A program made the translations under genes and the position numbers. The notes beneath the pieces are model-generated. The model made no database searches. It worked only from the letters and a program-made list of their open reading frames with translations, and was not told where the DNA came from. From positions 13,625-77,624 of the forward strand of contig CASDOO010000035.1 in NCBI GenBank assembly GCA_949282275.1: DNA of 64,000 nucleotides. The letters are read 5' to 3'. This DNA is from an uncultured Bacillota bacterium (GTDB lineage Bacteria > Bacillota_I > Bacilli_A > RFN20 > CAG-288). Positions 15,044 through 23,137 of the stretch are shown piece by piece (the first letter of the stretch is position 1; every line of letters starts with the position of its first letter).

Positions 15044-17104
15044 CTATTTCTTCGTTTCCTGGTGCGCCTTCAGGATTTCCTCCTGGAGCTTGTAGGGGAC
15101 TTCCTCGTAGTCCTCGAAGACGCGGTTGAAGAAGGCCGTTCCCTTGCTCAGGGCCTTGAGCTCGTTGGCATATTCCTGGATTTCGGCCTCGGGGACGATG
15201 GCGATGACGTCGAGGTTTCCGGAGCTGTTCTCGTCGGTGGAGAGGATTCTCGCCCTTCTCTTGCTAAGGTCGGAAAGGACGGCACCGAGATAGTCGTTCT
15301 CGCAGTCGATGGTGATGCGGTCATAGGGCTCGAGAAGGATCGGGGCGCAATTGGGATAGGCATTGCGGAAGGCGAGGATGGCGGCATTCTTGAAGGCCAT
15401 CTCGTTGGAATCGACCGTGTGCTGCTTGCCATCGAGAAGCGTGGCCTTGACATGGATGACGGGAGCGCCGATGAGACCGCCGTTGTTGAGGGCCTCCAGG
15501 AAGCCCTTCTCGACCGCGGGGAAGTAGCCCTTGTCGATGTGGCCACCGAAGACGGAGGATTCGAAGGATGTTTCCTCGGAAGGCTCGAAGCGCATCTGGA
15601 CGACGCCGTAGTATCCGCTTCCGCCGGTCTGCTTGACGAAGCGGCCTTCGGCCTCGGCGGACTTCGTGATGGCCTCGCGGTAGGAGATCCTTATCTTCTC
15701 GGTCGTGAAATGGATCTCGTATTCGTCGGTGAGCCTGTCGAGGACGGAATTGAGGTGGGTCTTGGAGAGGCCTCCGATGAGAATCTGGCCGGTCGTCTCT
15801 TCCTTGCGGAGGGAAATGGTCGGATCTTCGAGGGACATTCTGCTGACGACGGGGAAGAGCTTGTCGGAATCCTTCTTCGTCTCGGGGACGATGGCATTGA
15901 AGTAGGTCGGGGTCGGATAGTTGACTTCTCTGAACCGGACGGGACGGTTTCTGTCGGAGAGCGTATAGGAAAGATGGAGATCCTCCAGGCGGGTGACGGC
16001 GGCGATATCGCCGGCGGAGACTTCCTTGATCGGTGTCAGCCTTTCGCCGCAGACGGAAAAGAGATTGTTGAGCGCATACTCCTTTCCGTTGTTGAGGCAG
16101 GTCAGGACGTCGCCGGCATGGAGGACGCCCGATTGGACCTTGAAGACGGAGACAAGGCCCTGATAGGCATTGTAGGCGTTCTTGAAGACGACGAGGGATG
16201 TCGGCTCGTCGATGCTTGTCGGGACATGGACTTCCTCGCCTTTGGCATCCTGTGCCGCCAAGGGCTTGAGGTCGCTTGGGGAGGGAAGATAGCTGACCAG
16301 CATGTTCGTCAGGGTATTGATGCCGATGTCCTTCGTGGCGGAGCCGACGATGATGGGATAGAGCTCGCCCTTGAGGACGCCCTCGCGAAGGCCGAAGCGG
16401 ATTTCCTCGTTCGTGAAGGGCTCGCCGGAGAAGAAACGCTCCAGAAGCTCGTCGTTGACCGTGGCAACGGCCTCGCAGAGACGGTTATGGAGGGCGAAGA
16501 CGATTTCCCTCTTGTCTTCGTAGATGACGTCGTCCTCGCAGGTGACGCCATTGTATTTGCGCGCTTTCAGTTCGACGATGTTGACGAAGCCGTCGAAGTT
16601 CTCCTTCCTTCCGATCGGATAGGAGAAGGGAACGCATTTCTTCTCGTCGAGCTTGAGCTTGATGTCCTCGTAAAGGGCATTGAAGTCGACATTCTCCTTG
16701 TCCATCTTGTTGAGGAAGAGGAACATCGGAACGCCTCTCTTCCTCAGCATCTTGAAGGCCTTGACCGTTCCCGTCTGGACGCCCTTGCTGGCATCGATGA
16801 CAAGGATGGCCCCCTTGATGAGGCGGGTGATGCCGATGGTCTCGAAGATGTAGTCGTCGTTTCCCGGAAGGTCGATGAGGTTGATCTTGTAGCCATCGTG
16901 CTCGATGGGGACGACGCTGGAGGAGAGGGAGACCTGTTTCTCCTTTTCCAGAGGAAGATAGTCGGAAAGGGTGTTCTTCTTTTCGATCTCGCCCTTCGTC
17001 GGAATCAGTCCGGCCTTGTATGCCAAGGACTCGACGAGGCTCGTCTTTCCGCTTCCCTGATGGCCGACGACAGCGACATTGCGGATGTTTTCGGGATTAT
17101 ACAT
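15044..17104 (-). CDS. Elongation factor G paralog (translational GTPase family)
   Basis: 686 aa from ATG 17104 (MYNPENIRNVAVVGHQGSGKTS) after aaggaga. G motifs 'GHQGSGKT', 'DLPG', 'NKMD'. EF-G domain II-V-like remainder. Confidence 0.9.
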   Translation of the reverse strand: MYNPENIRNVAVVGHQGSGKTSLVESLAYKAGLIPTKGEIEKKNTLSDYLPLEKEKQVSLSSSVVPIEHDGYKINLIDLPGNDDYIFETIGITRLIKGAILVIDASKGVQTGTVKAFKMLRKRGVPMFLFLNKMDKENVDFNALYEDIKLKLDEKKCVPFSYPIGRKENFDGFVNIVELKARKYNGVTCEDDVIYEDKREIVFALHNRLCEAVATVNDELLERFFSGEPFTNEEIRFGLREGVLKGELYPIIVGSATKDIGINTLTNMLVSYLPSPSDLKPLAAQDAKGEEVHVPTSIDEPTSLVVFKNAYNAYQGLVSVFKVQSGVLHAGDVLTCLNNGKEYALNNLFSVCGERLTPIKEVSAGDIAAVTRLEDLHLSYTLSDRNRPVRFREVNYPTPTYFNAIVPETKKDSDKLFPVVSRMSLEDPTISLRKEETTGQILIGGLSKTHLNSVLDRLTDEYEIHFTTEKIRISYREAITKSAEAEGRFVKQTGGSGYYGVVQMRFEPSEETSFESSVFGGHIDKGYFPAVEKGFLEALNNGGLIGAPVIHVKATLLDGKQHTVDSNEMAFKNAAILAFRNAYPNCAPILLEPYDRITIDCENDYLGAVLSDLSKRRARILSTDENSSGNLDVIAIVPEAEIQEYANELKALSKGTAFFNRVFEDYEEVPYKLQEEILKAHQETKK

Positions 17105-17358
17105 GCTTTTTCTCCTTTGGAAACGCTTACACAAAGTATACAGGAAAAAGTTTCCCGGGAAAAGGGAGAAGCTGGAAAAGGGCCAAGAATCGCAAAAGAG
17201 GGCCTTATGCACCAAAGGAAAAGCTACGCGGATATTTTCCTAGGCAAGCGACAAAAGAGGAAATCCGAAAGGCAGTTTGCGGTGAAAAAGCTACTTTTTA
17301 CCAATATTTGACATTTCTTCCTTTTCTATATAAAAACGATGTTTTATAATATTTTCCG

Positions 17359-17373
17359 TTGAAAGCGTTTACA
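17359..17373 (+). promoter_or_regulatory. Catabolite-responsive element (cre, CcpA box) in the glgC leader
   Basis: ttgaaagcgtttaca matches WTGNAANCGNWNNCW at every constrained position. It lies between a TATAAT (17345-17350) and the glgC RBS. Confidence 0.55.
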
Positions 17374-17389
17374 ACAAAGGAGGCTATGA

Positions 17390-18502
17390 ATGAAAGCAGA
17401 GATGGTAGCAGTCATCCTGGCCGGAGGAAGGGGCACCCGTCTCCACTCCCTGACGGCCAAGATTGCGAAGCCTGCAGTCTTTTTCGGCGGGAAATACAGG
17501 ATTATCGACTTCCCTCTCTCCAATTGCGCCAACTCCGGAATCTCCGCGGTCGGCGTCGCGACGCAGTATGAGTCCACGGCCCTGAACACCTACATCGGAA
17601 CAGGCAGGAACTGGGGCCTCAACGGAACGGGTGCCCTCACCTCCATCCTGCCACCGAGGGAAACGCCCCAGGGCGCCAGCTGGTATCTGGGAACGGCCGA
17701 TGCCATCTACCAGAACATCGACTGGCTGGACAAGACGCGCTGCGAGTACGTGGTCATCCTCTCGGGCGATCACATCTACAAGATGGACTATTCCGAGATG
17801 CTTGCCTTCCACAAGAAGAATGCCGCCGACGTCACCATCGCCACCATCCGCGTCCCGATGAGCGAGGCCAGCCGCTTTGGCATCGTCTTGACCGACGAGG
17901 AGGACAGGATCACGGAGTTCCAGGAAAAGCCCAAGCATCCGAAGTCCGACCTTGCCTCCATGGGCATCTACATCTTCAACTACAAGCTGCTGCGCGAGAG
18001 CCTTGTCGCCGACCATGCCCTGGAGAAGTCCAGCCATGACTTCGGCAAGGATATCCTCCCGACCCTGCTCAAGGCCGGAAAGAGACTTTTCGCCTATGCC
18101 TTCTCCGGCTATTGGAAGGACGTCGGAACCGTTCATTCCCTCTGGGAGGCCAACATGGACCTTCTCGATCCCGAATGCTCCCTTCGCCTCTATTCCTCGG
18201 ACTTCAAGATCTATTCCGCCGATACCTTCTCCCGTCCGCAGCTCATCAGCAAGACCGGCTCGGTCGATGATTGCATCGTCAACCAGGGCGCCGTCATCCA
18301 CGGCAAGTGCATCCATTCCGTCATCTCCAACGAGGTCGTCGTCGAAAAGGGCGCCGTCGTCCAGGATTCGATGATCATGCCCGGTGCCGTCGTCAAGAGC
18401 GGCGTCACGGTCAAGAACGCCATCATCGGCGCTTCCGTCGTCGTGGATTCGGACAAGATCGGAACCAAGGACGACATCGTTCTCTACACGGAGGAAGACT
18501 AA
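17390..18502 (+). CDS. glgC: Glucose-1-phosphate adenylyltransferase
   Basis: 'VILAGGRGTRLHSLTAKIAKPAVFFGGKYRIIDFPLSNCANSG' and a left-handed beta-helix C-terminus. RBS aaggagg with a 6-nt spacer. Confidence 0.95.
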   Translation: MKAEMVAVILAGGRGTRLHSLTAKIAKPAVFFGGKYRIIDFPLSNCANSGISAVGVATQYESTALNTYIGTGRNWGLNGTGALTSILPPRETPQGASWYLGTADAIYQNIDWLDKTRCEYVVILSGDHIYKMDYSEMLAFHKKNAADVTIATIRVPMSEASRFGIVLTDEEDRITEFQEKPKHPKSDLASMGIYIFNYKLLRESLVADHALEKSSHDFGKDILPTLLKAGKRLFAYAFSGYWKDVGTVHSLWEANMDLLDPECSLRLYSSDFKIYSADTFSRPQLISKTGSVDDCIVNQGAVIHGKCIHSVISNEVVVEKGAVVQDSMIMPGAVVKSGVTVKNAIIGASVVVDSDKIGTKDDIVLYTEED

Positions 18503-18504
18503 CT

Positions 18505-19620
18505 ATGGCAATCAAGGTTTTAGGTTTGGTCGACTGCTTCAACAGCCCCGAGTTCGGGCCGATGACGAAGCATCGCTCCGTCGCTTCCACCTCCTTCTTG
18601 GGAAGATATGCCTTCATCGACTTCCAGCTCTCCAACTTCCTCAACTCTCGCATCCCGTCCATCGGCATTCTCTGCCAGAACCACATCCGTTCGCTCTCCC
18701 GCCACGTCGGAAACGGAAACTCCTGGATCAACAACACCAAGATCGGTCAGTTCCAGATCCTCTACGATGAGCCCAACATCTCCAATCCCGGATACAACAC
18801 CGACGTCGCCGATCTCTTCGAGAACCGCTGGTTCCTCAAGGCCATCAAGCCTGACTATGTCGTCATCGCCCCGCCCTACATGGTCTACAGGGCCGACTTC
18901 CAGGCCCTCCTTGCCGACCATATTACATCCGGATCGCGCATCTCCCTCCTCTATACCCACAAGAAGGGACTGAAGAAATCCTTCATCGGCGCCCGCAAGA
19001 TCTATATCTCCGAAAGGGGCAAGGTCACCCGCATCGAAGTCAACCGCGGCGAGACGGATGAAGGCGATATCTCGATGGGCACCATGATCATGGACTATCC
19101 GATGCTGGAGAGCCTGATGGAATATGCCCAGGGCACTTCCGCCTTCTTCTCCCTTTCCGACACGCTCAACCACATCTCGCCTTCCGTCCTCATCCGTGCC
19201 GTCCGCCACGAGGGCTATGTCCAGTCCTTCGATTCCCTGAGCAACTACCTGAAGTACTCCCTCGACCTGCTCAACGAGGAAACCTATTCCTCCCTCTTCG
19301 ACGAGGAATGGCCGATCTATACCAAGTCCTACGACACCGCCCCCGTCCTCTACAAGAAGACCGGCAGTGCCTCCAATTCCTATATCGCCAACGGTTCGAT
19401 CATCGAGGGCACGGTCGTCAATTCCATCCTCGGCCGTGGCGTCAGGGTCCATAAGGGCGCCGTCATCAAGAACGCCGTCATCGGAAGCGATGCCGTCATC
19501 AGCGAGAACATCCACATCGAGAACGCCATCGTCGACAAGGAGGCCCAGGTCCTCCACGTGAAGGAAATCGTCGGCACGCTCGACAACCCGCTCTACATCG
19601 CCCAGGGAGACATCGTCTGA
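18505..19620 (+). CDS. glgD: Glucose-1-phosphate adenylyltransferase regulatory subunit GlgD
   Basis: 371 aa from ATG 18505 (MAIKVLGLVDCF...). It is a GlgC paralog lacking the GGxGxRL motif, in the usual Firmicutes position between glgC and glgA. Confidence 0.9.
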   Translation: MAIKVLGLVDCFNSPEFGPMTKHRSVASTSFLGRYAFIDFQLSNFLNSRIPSIGILCQNHIRSLSRHVGNGNSWINNTKIGQFQILYDEPNISNPGYNTDVADLFENRWFLKAIKPDYVVIAPPYMVYRADFQALLADHITSGSRISLLYTHKKGLKKSFIGARKIYISERGKVTRIEVNRGETDEGDISMGTMIMDYPMLESLMEYAQGTSAFFSLSDTLNHISPSVLIRAVRHEGYVQSFDSLSNYLKYSLDLLNEETYSSLFDEEWPIYTKSYDTAPVLYKKTGSASNSYIANGSIIEGTVVNSILGRGVRVHKGAVIKNAVIGSDAVISENIHIENAIVDKEAQVLHVKEIVGTLDNPLYIAQGDIV

Positions 19621-21026
19621 TGAAAATCCTCCTGGTAACGAGCGAAGCCCTTCCCTATATCAAGTCCGGCGGCCTTGCCGACTTCATCTATTCCTTCGGA
19701 AAGGCCCTCAAGGACAAAGGACACGAGGTTTCCGTCATCCTTCCTCTCTACAAGGCCATCCGCGACCGGCATCAAGAAGTCCTGACCGACCTCTACGACA
19801 CCTATGACTTCAAGATGGACTGGCGCACGCAGGGCTGTGGCGTCTTCCATCACAGGATCGACGACATCGACTTCTACTTCACGGCGATGGACCGCTTCGA
19901 CCGCGACGGCATGTACGGCTATGGCGACGACAACGAGCGCTTTGCCTGCTTCATGATGGCCGTCAACACCTTCCTCACCCGTCACAACGACTATGACGTC
20001 GTCCACTGCAACGACTGGCAGACGGCCGTCCTTCCCCTTCTTCTGCGCTTCAACCCCAAGCCGATCAAGACCATCCTGACCATCCACAACCCCGCCTTCC
20101 AGGGCTGGGCATCCAGGGACGACCTGCGCCGCTTCTTCAACCTCCATACCGACTATTACGATTCTGGCCTTGTCCGCATGGGCGATTCCTTCAACTATCT
20201 GAAGACAGGCATCATGACGGCGGACAAGATCTCCACCGTCAGCCAGACCCACTGCCAGGAGCTGCTCCATGACCATGACGGCTTTGGCGGAATCGGCGCC
20301 GTCCTCGACTGGTGCCGGCACAACGACTTCGTCGGCATCGTCAATGGCCTGGACGTCGACATCTGGGATCCGGCGACGGACGACAAGCTGGCCAGGAACT
20401 ACACCCTCTACGACTACAAGGTCGGAAAGAGGGCCAACAGGGAGAAGATCCTCAACGACCTCGGCATGTCCACCTCCTTCCGGGGCGCCCTCTATTCCTG
20501 CATCACCCGTCTCTCCGGCCAGAAGGGCATCGACAGGCTCATCTCCTGCATGGCCGAGCTGAAGAAGTCGGATTCCCGTCTCATCATCATCGGCACGGGC
20601 GACATGGAAAACGAAGTGCTTGCCCACGCCCTCCAGCATCCGGAGGTCTACTTCGTCAAGCGCTACGACGAGAACCTGGCGCATCTTCTCTATGCGGCAA
20701 GCGACTACTTCCTCATGCCTTCCTACTTCGAGCCCTGCGGCACGAGCCAGATGATCGCCATGCGCTATGGCACGGTCCCCATCGTCAGCAACGTCGGCGG
20801 CCTCAACGACACGGTCAAGGACATCAACCTCGGCTATGAGGCGACGGGCTTCGTCTTCAACAACAACGACCCGACGGCCTACATGAACTGCTTCATCGCC
20901 TCTTCCCGCTATTTCTACAATCCGGGCCTGGACAGGCTCATCCAGGAAGGCATGAAGGGCGACTATTCCTGGGCCAGATCGGCGCAAGAGTACATCCATC
21001 TCTACGAATCCATCACCTGGAAGTAA
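19620..21026 (+). CDS. glgA: Glycogen synthase
   Basis: 'MKILLVTSEALPYIKSGGLADF', a GT5-family N-terminus. 468 aa. Its start overlaps the glgD stop (TGATG). Confidence 0.95.
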   Translation: MKILLVTSEALPYIKSGGLADFIYSFGKALKDKGHEVSVILPLYKAIRDRHQEVLTDLYDTYDFKMDWRTQGCGVFHHRIDDIDFYFTAMDRFDRDGMYGYGDDNERFACFMMAVNTFLTRHNDYDVVHCNDWQTAVLPLLLRFNPKPIKTILTIHNPAFQGWASRDDLRRFFNLHTDYYDSGLVRMGDSFNYLKTGIMTADKISTVSQTHCQELLHDHDGFGGIGAVLDWCRHNDFVGIVNGLDVDIWDPATDDKLARNYTLYDYKVGKRANREKILNDLGMSTSFRGALYSCITRLSGQKGIDRLISCMAELKKSDSRLIIIGTGDMENEVLAHALQHPEVYFVKRYDENLAHLLYAASDYFLMPSYFEPCGTSQMIAMRYGTVPIVSNVGGLNDTVKDINLGYEATGFVFNNNDPTAYMNCFIASSRYFYNPGLDRLIQEGMKGDYSWARSAQEYIHLYESITWK

Positions 21027-21044
21027 ATCCGACGGAAATTTCTG

Positions 21045-21073
21045 TTTACTTTTCAGGCATCGGTCGGTATAAT
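21045..21073 (+). promoter_or_regulatory. Candidate sigma-A promoter for rpmF
   Basis: TTTACT (21045-21050), a 17-nt spacer, then TATAAT (21068-21073). A short leader hairpin ggtgc-tgttt-gcacc follows. Confidence 0.45.
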
Positions 21074-21129
21074 GTTTGGTGCTGTTTGCACCATCGATGC
21101 GTTACTAAGTAGAAACGGAGGATAAGACC

Positions 21130-21318
21130 ATGGCAGTACCTTTCAGAAGAACGGGAGTGACCAAGAAGAGAATCAGAAGAGGACATATCGGTCTCACGGC
21201 CGTCAACGTCGCCGCCTGCCCCAACTGTGGCGCGACCGTCCGTCCCCATCATGTCTGCCCGAGCTGCGGCTATTACAAGGGCAAGAAGGTCATGGACGTC
21301 AAGTCCAACCAGGACTAA
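21130..21318 (+). CDS. rpmF: 50S ribosomal protein L32
   Basis: 'MAVPFRRTGVTKKRIRRGH...CPNCG...CPSCGYYKG', the zinc-ribbon L32 form. RBS ggagg. Confidence 0.95.
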   Translation: MAVPFRRTGVTKKRIRRGHIGLTAVNVAACPNCGATVRPHHVCPSCGYYKGKKVMDVKSNQD

Positions 21319-21343
21319 GCCTCCGACAATCCCAATAAAAGGC

Positions 21344-21369
21344 AAGGGCTCGCCAGTCGAGCCCTTTTT
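21344..21369 (+). terminator. Rho-independent terminator after rpmF
   Basis: aagggctcg-ccagt-cgagccctt followed by tttc. Confidence 0.7.
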
Positions 21370-21390
21370 CGACTTGGAAAGGAGTGGAAG

Positions 21391-21858
21391 ATGACCTATC
21401 TCGAAAGGATTACCTATCTGACCGGACGCTTTCTGGAAGTGTTCCAGTATGCGCTCTACAATGCCTATCGCGTCGCCACCTTCTTCGACGGCATCAAGAA
21501 CCTCACGGCACAGACGAATACCGAGGAGAACATAAAGGCTCTGGAGAGCATCGCCAGGACTAGGCTTGTCGAAAGCCAGGGCAAGGACGTCGCTTCCCTT
21601 GAGAAGGATCTCTTGGGCCATGGCATCGCCGTCAAGAACGAGAAGGAACTCCATGCCCTCTTGCTGAAGCGGAACTACATCGTCTCCTACTTCTTCCTCG
21701 ACACCGCGCCCGAGCTTGCAAGGGAGGATCCCAGGATCTACGAGAACAAGATCGACGAGCTTCAGGAATACGTCGACAGGGCCATCGACCTCAACACCAG
21801 CCTTTCCAAGGCCTTCGACAGGATCCTGGAAAGGGAATACCGGCATTACGGAAGCTAG
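21391..21858 (+). CDS. Hypothetical helical protein (155 aa)
   Basis: RBS aaggag with a 7-nt spacer. Non-biased composition and no recognisable motif. Confidence 0.65.
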   Translation: MTYLERITYLTGRFLEVFQYALYNAYRVATFFDGIKNLTAQTNTEENIKALESIARTRLVESQGKDVASLEKDLLGHGIAVKNEKELHALLLKRNYIVSYFFLDTAPELAREDPRIYENKIDELQEYVDRAIDLNTSLSKAFDRILEREYRHYGS

Positions 21859-21872
21859 TCTTCGAAAACGCG

Positions 21873-21901
21873 TCCCGCTTCCAAGGAGGCGGGATTTTTT
21901 G
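21873..21901 (+). terminator. Rho-independent terminator
   Basis: tcccgcttcc-aa-ggaggcggga (one mismatch) followed by ttttttg. Confidence 0.75.
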
Positions 21902-21960
21902 ATGGCGTGGGTAAGGAATTTTGGCTTTATTGAGGAGCTTCAGTTTGGAAAAACGTGTTC

Positions 21961-22011
21961 AAAATACACTTTTCCAAATAGAAAAGGGTATAAAAAATAC
22001 ACATTTCCAAA
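21961..22011 (+). repeat. Two 18-bp direct repeats AAAATACACWTTTCCAAA spaced 33 bp apart in an AT-rich island
   Basis: aaaatacacttttccaaa (21961-21978) and aaaatacacatttccaaa (21994-22011), with one mismatch. Confidence 0.5.
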
Positions 22012-22065
22012 ATTCATTAAACTAAATTAGACGTATTTTACATAAAAAGGTACAAAAGGAATATT

Positions 22066-22085
22066 TTATCGATTATAATCGATAA
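22066..22085. promoter_or_regulatory. Perfect 20-bp palindrome (operator-like) containing a TATAAT
   Basis: ttatcgattataatcgataa is an 8-bp inverted repeat around TATA, about 160 bp upstream of the lipoprotein gene. Confidence 0.4.
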
Positions 22086-22242
22086 AAATGATAAAAGAAC
22101 GACGATATCTATTCGGAGACATCCCGAAGAGGAACAAGGCGAGAATCCTCAACTTCATTACGAAAAGAATGTGCGCGTTGAAGACTCTAAACTGAAAGGA
22201 TGTGTCCGATTAGAAAAAAAACAATAAAGAGGAGAAACAAGT

Positions 22243-23037
22243 ATGTCCAAAATCAGAGTAGTTATTTTATCATTGCTCTCTTTAGTGTTTCCGCTCTTGA
22301 TAGGCGGATGTAATGGGATACAGAAAATAGTCGTCTCATTCAACACTGTCGGGGGCACGTCGGTCGAGCCCCAGAAACTGGAACCCGGTGATCTTGTCAC
22401 GGAGCGCACCGGAGTCGAGAAGGAGGGATACGTCCTCGATGACTGGTTCTCCGAGGGGAAGGAATGGAACTTCGGCACCCCCCCGTGTACGAGGAAATGA
22501 TCCTCGTCGCGAACTGGGTCTCCGACACGAGCGTCGTCAACTTCCTCTGCTCGTGCCTCTGCATATGGCATCGGGGAAGGTTTAGAGTTCTCCTTCTGCA
22601 TCAACGTCGGTGAACTTTCCGGGGATGTGGTTAGTTTATGCTCTCCACAAGACTCGCTTGTTTCCCTTTCTTCGGTCTTAAACTTTTGCCTGATGATAGG
22701 GACGGAAGAAGTCTGGTCATTGGTTGTTGGAGGGGTAAGTGATTATGATTGCATTGATTCCTATTACTCCTATACGCTTGCCGGGCTTCCCCTCGAAGTC
22801 GTCAACCAGAATATTGGCTCGGAAATCGATGAAAGTTTGCTCGACGGAAATTTCCTTGAGAAAATAATGAATTTTGACCCAGAAATCTGGAAACTCGAGG
22901 ATGTTGACTTTAGTACTGGAAAATACCCTTCCCTCAGGGGAAAACCGTTCGAGGACTTCGAACGACTGAAAAACAACTCTGTCGATATCGAAACTCTTTT
23001 CGAAATCATGGAGGAATGGCCAGTAGAAGAGGCATAA
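22243..23037 (+). pseudogene. Disrupted or phase-variable lipoprotein gene with a Listeria-Bacteroides (flg_new-like) repeat
   Basis: Strong RBS agaggag. Signal peptide plus lipobox 'LLIGGC'. 'VVSFNTVGGTSVEPQKLEPGDLV..EKEGYVLDDWFSEGKEWNF' fits the repeat. A C7 tract at 22478-22484 is followed by an in-frame TGA at 22498. The same frame reopens through 23037. Confidence 0.6.
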
Positions 23038-23067
23038 CTTCTTTTTCCCTAAATTGTGACGTCATTT

Positions 23068-23110
23068 GTCCCATGGATTGGCTTGTTTCGCTTAATCCAT
23101 GGGACTTTTT
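23068..23110 (+). terminator. Rho-independent terminator after the lipoprotein locus
   Basis: Perfect 12-bp inverted repeat gtcccatggatt / aatccatgggac followed by ttttt. A TATAAT at 23115-23120 follows and may drive the next operon. Confidence 0.8.
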
Positions 23111-23137
23111 GGGCTATAATCATTTGCGGAGATTTCT

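Noticed and set aside
15062-17311. 749-aa plus-strand ORF
   Set aside because: It is antisense to the EF-G paralog, which has clear GTPase motifs. Its composition is a low-complexity G/D/E/V/A-rich mirror product.
22498-22500. In-frame TGA in the lipoprotein gene read as Trp (genetic code 4)
   Set aside because: Many well-supported genes in this window terminate at TGA (response regulator, kinase, glgD, hrcA, mutS, mutL). Trp is encoded by TGG throughout. The sequence around the TGA is also clearly out of frame relative to the repeat consensus.
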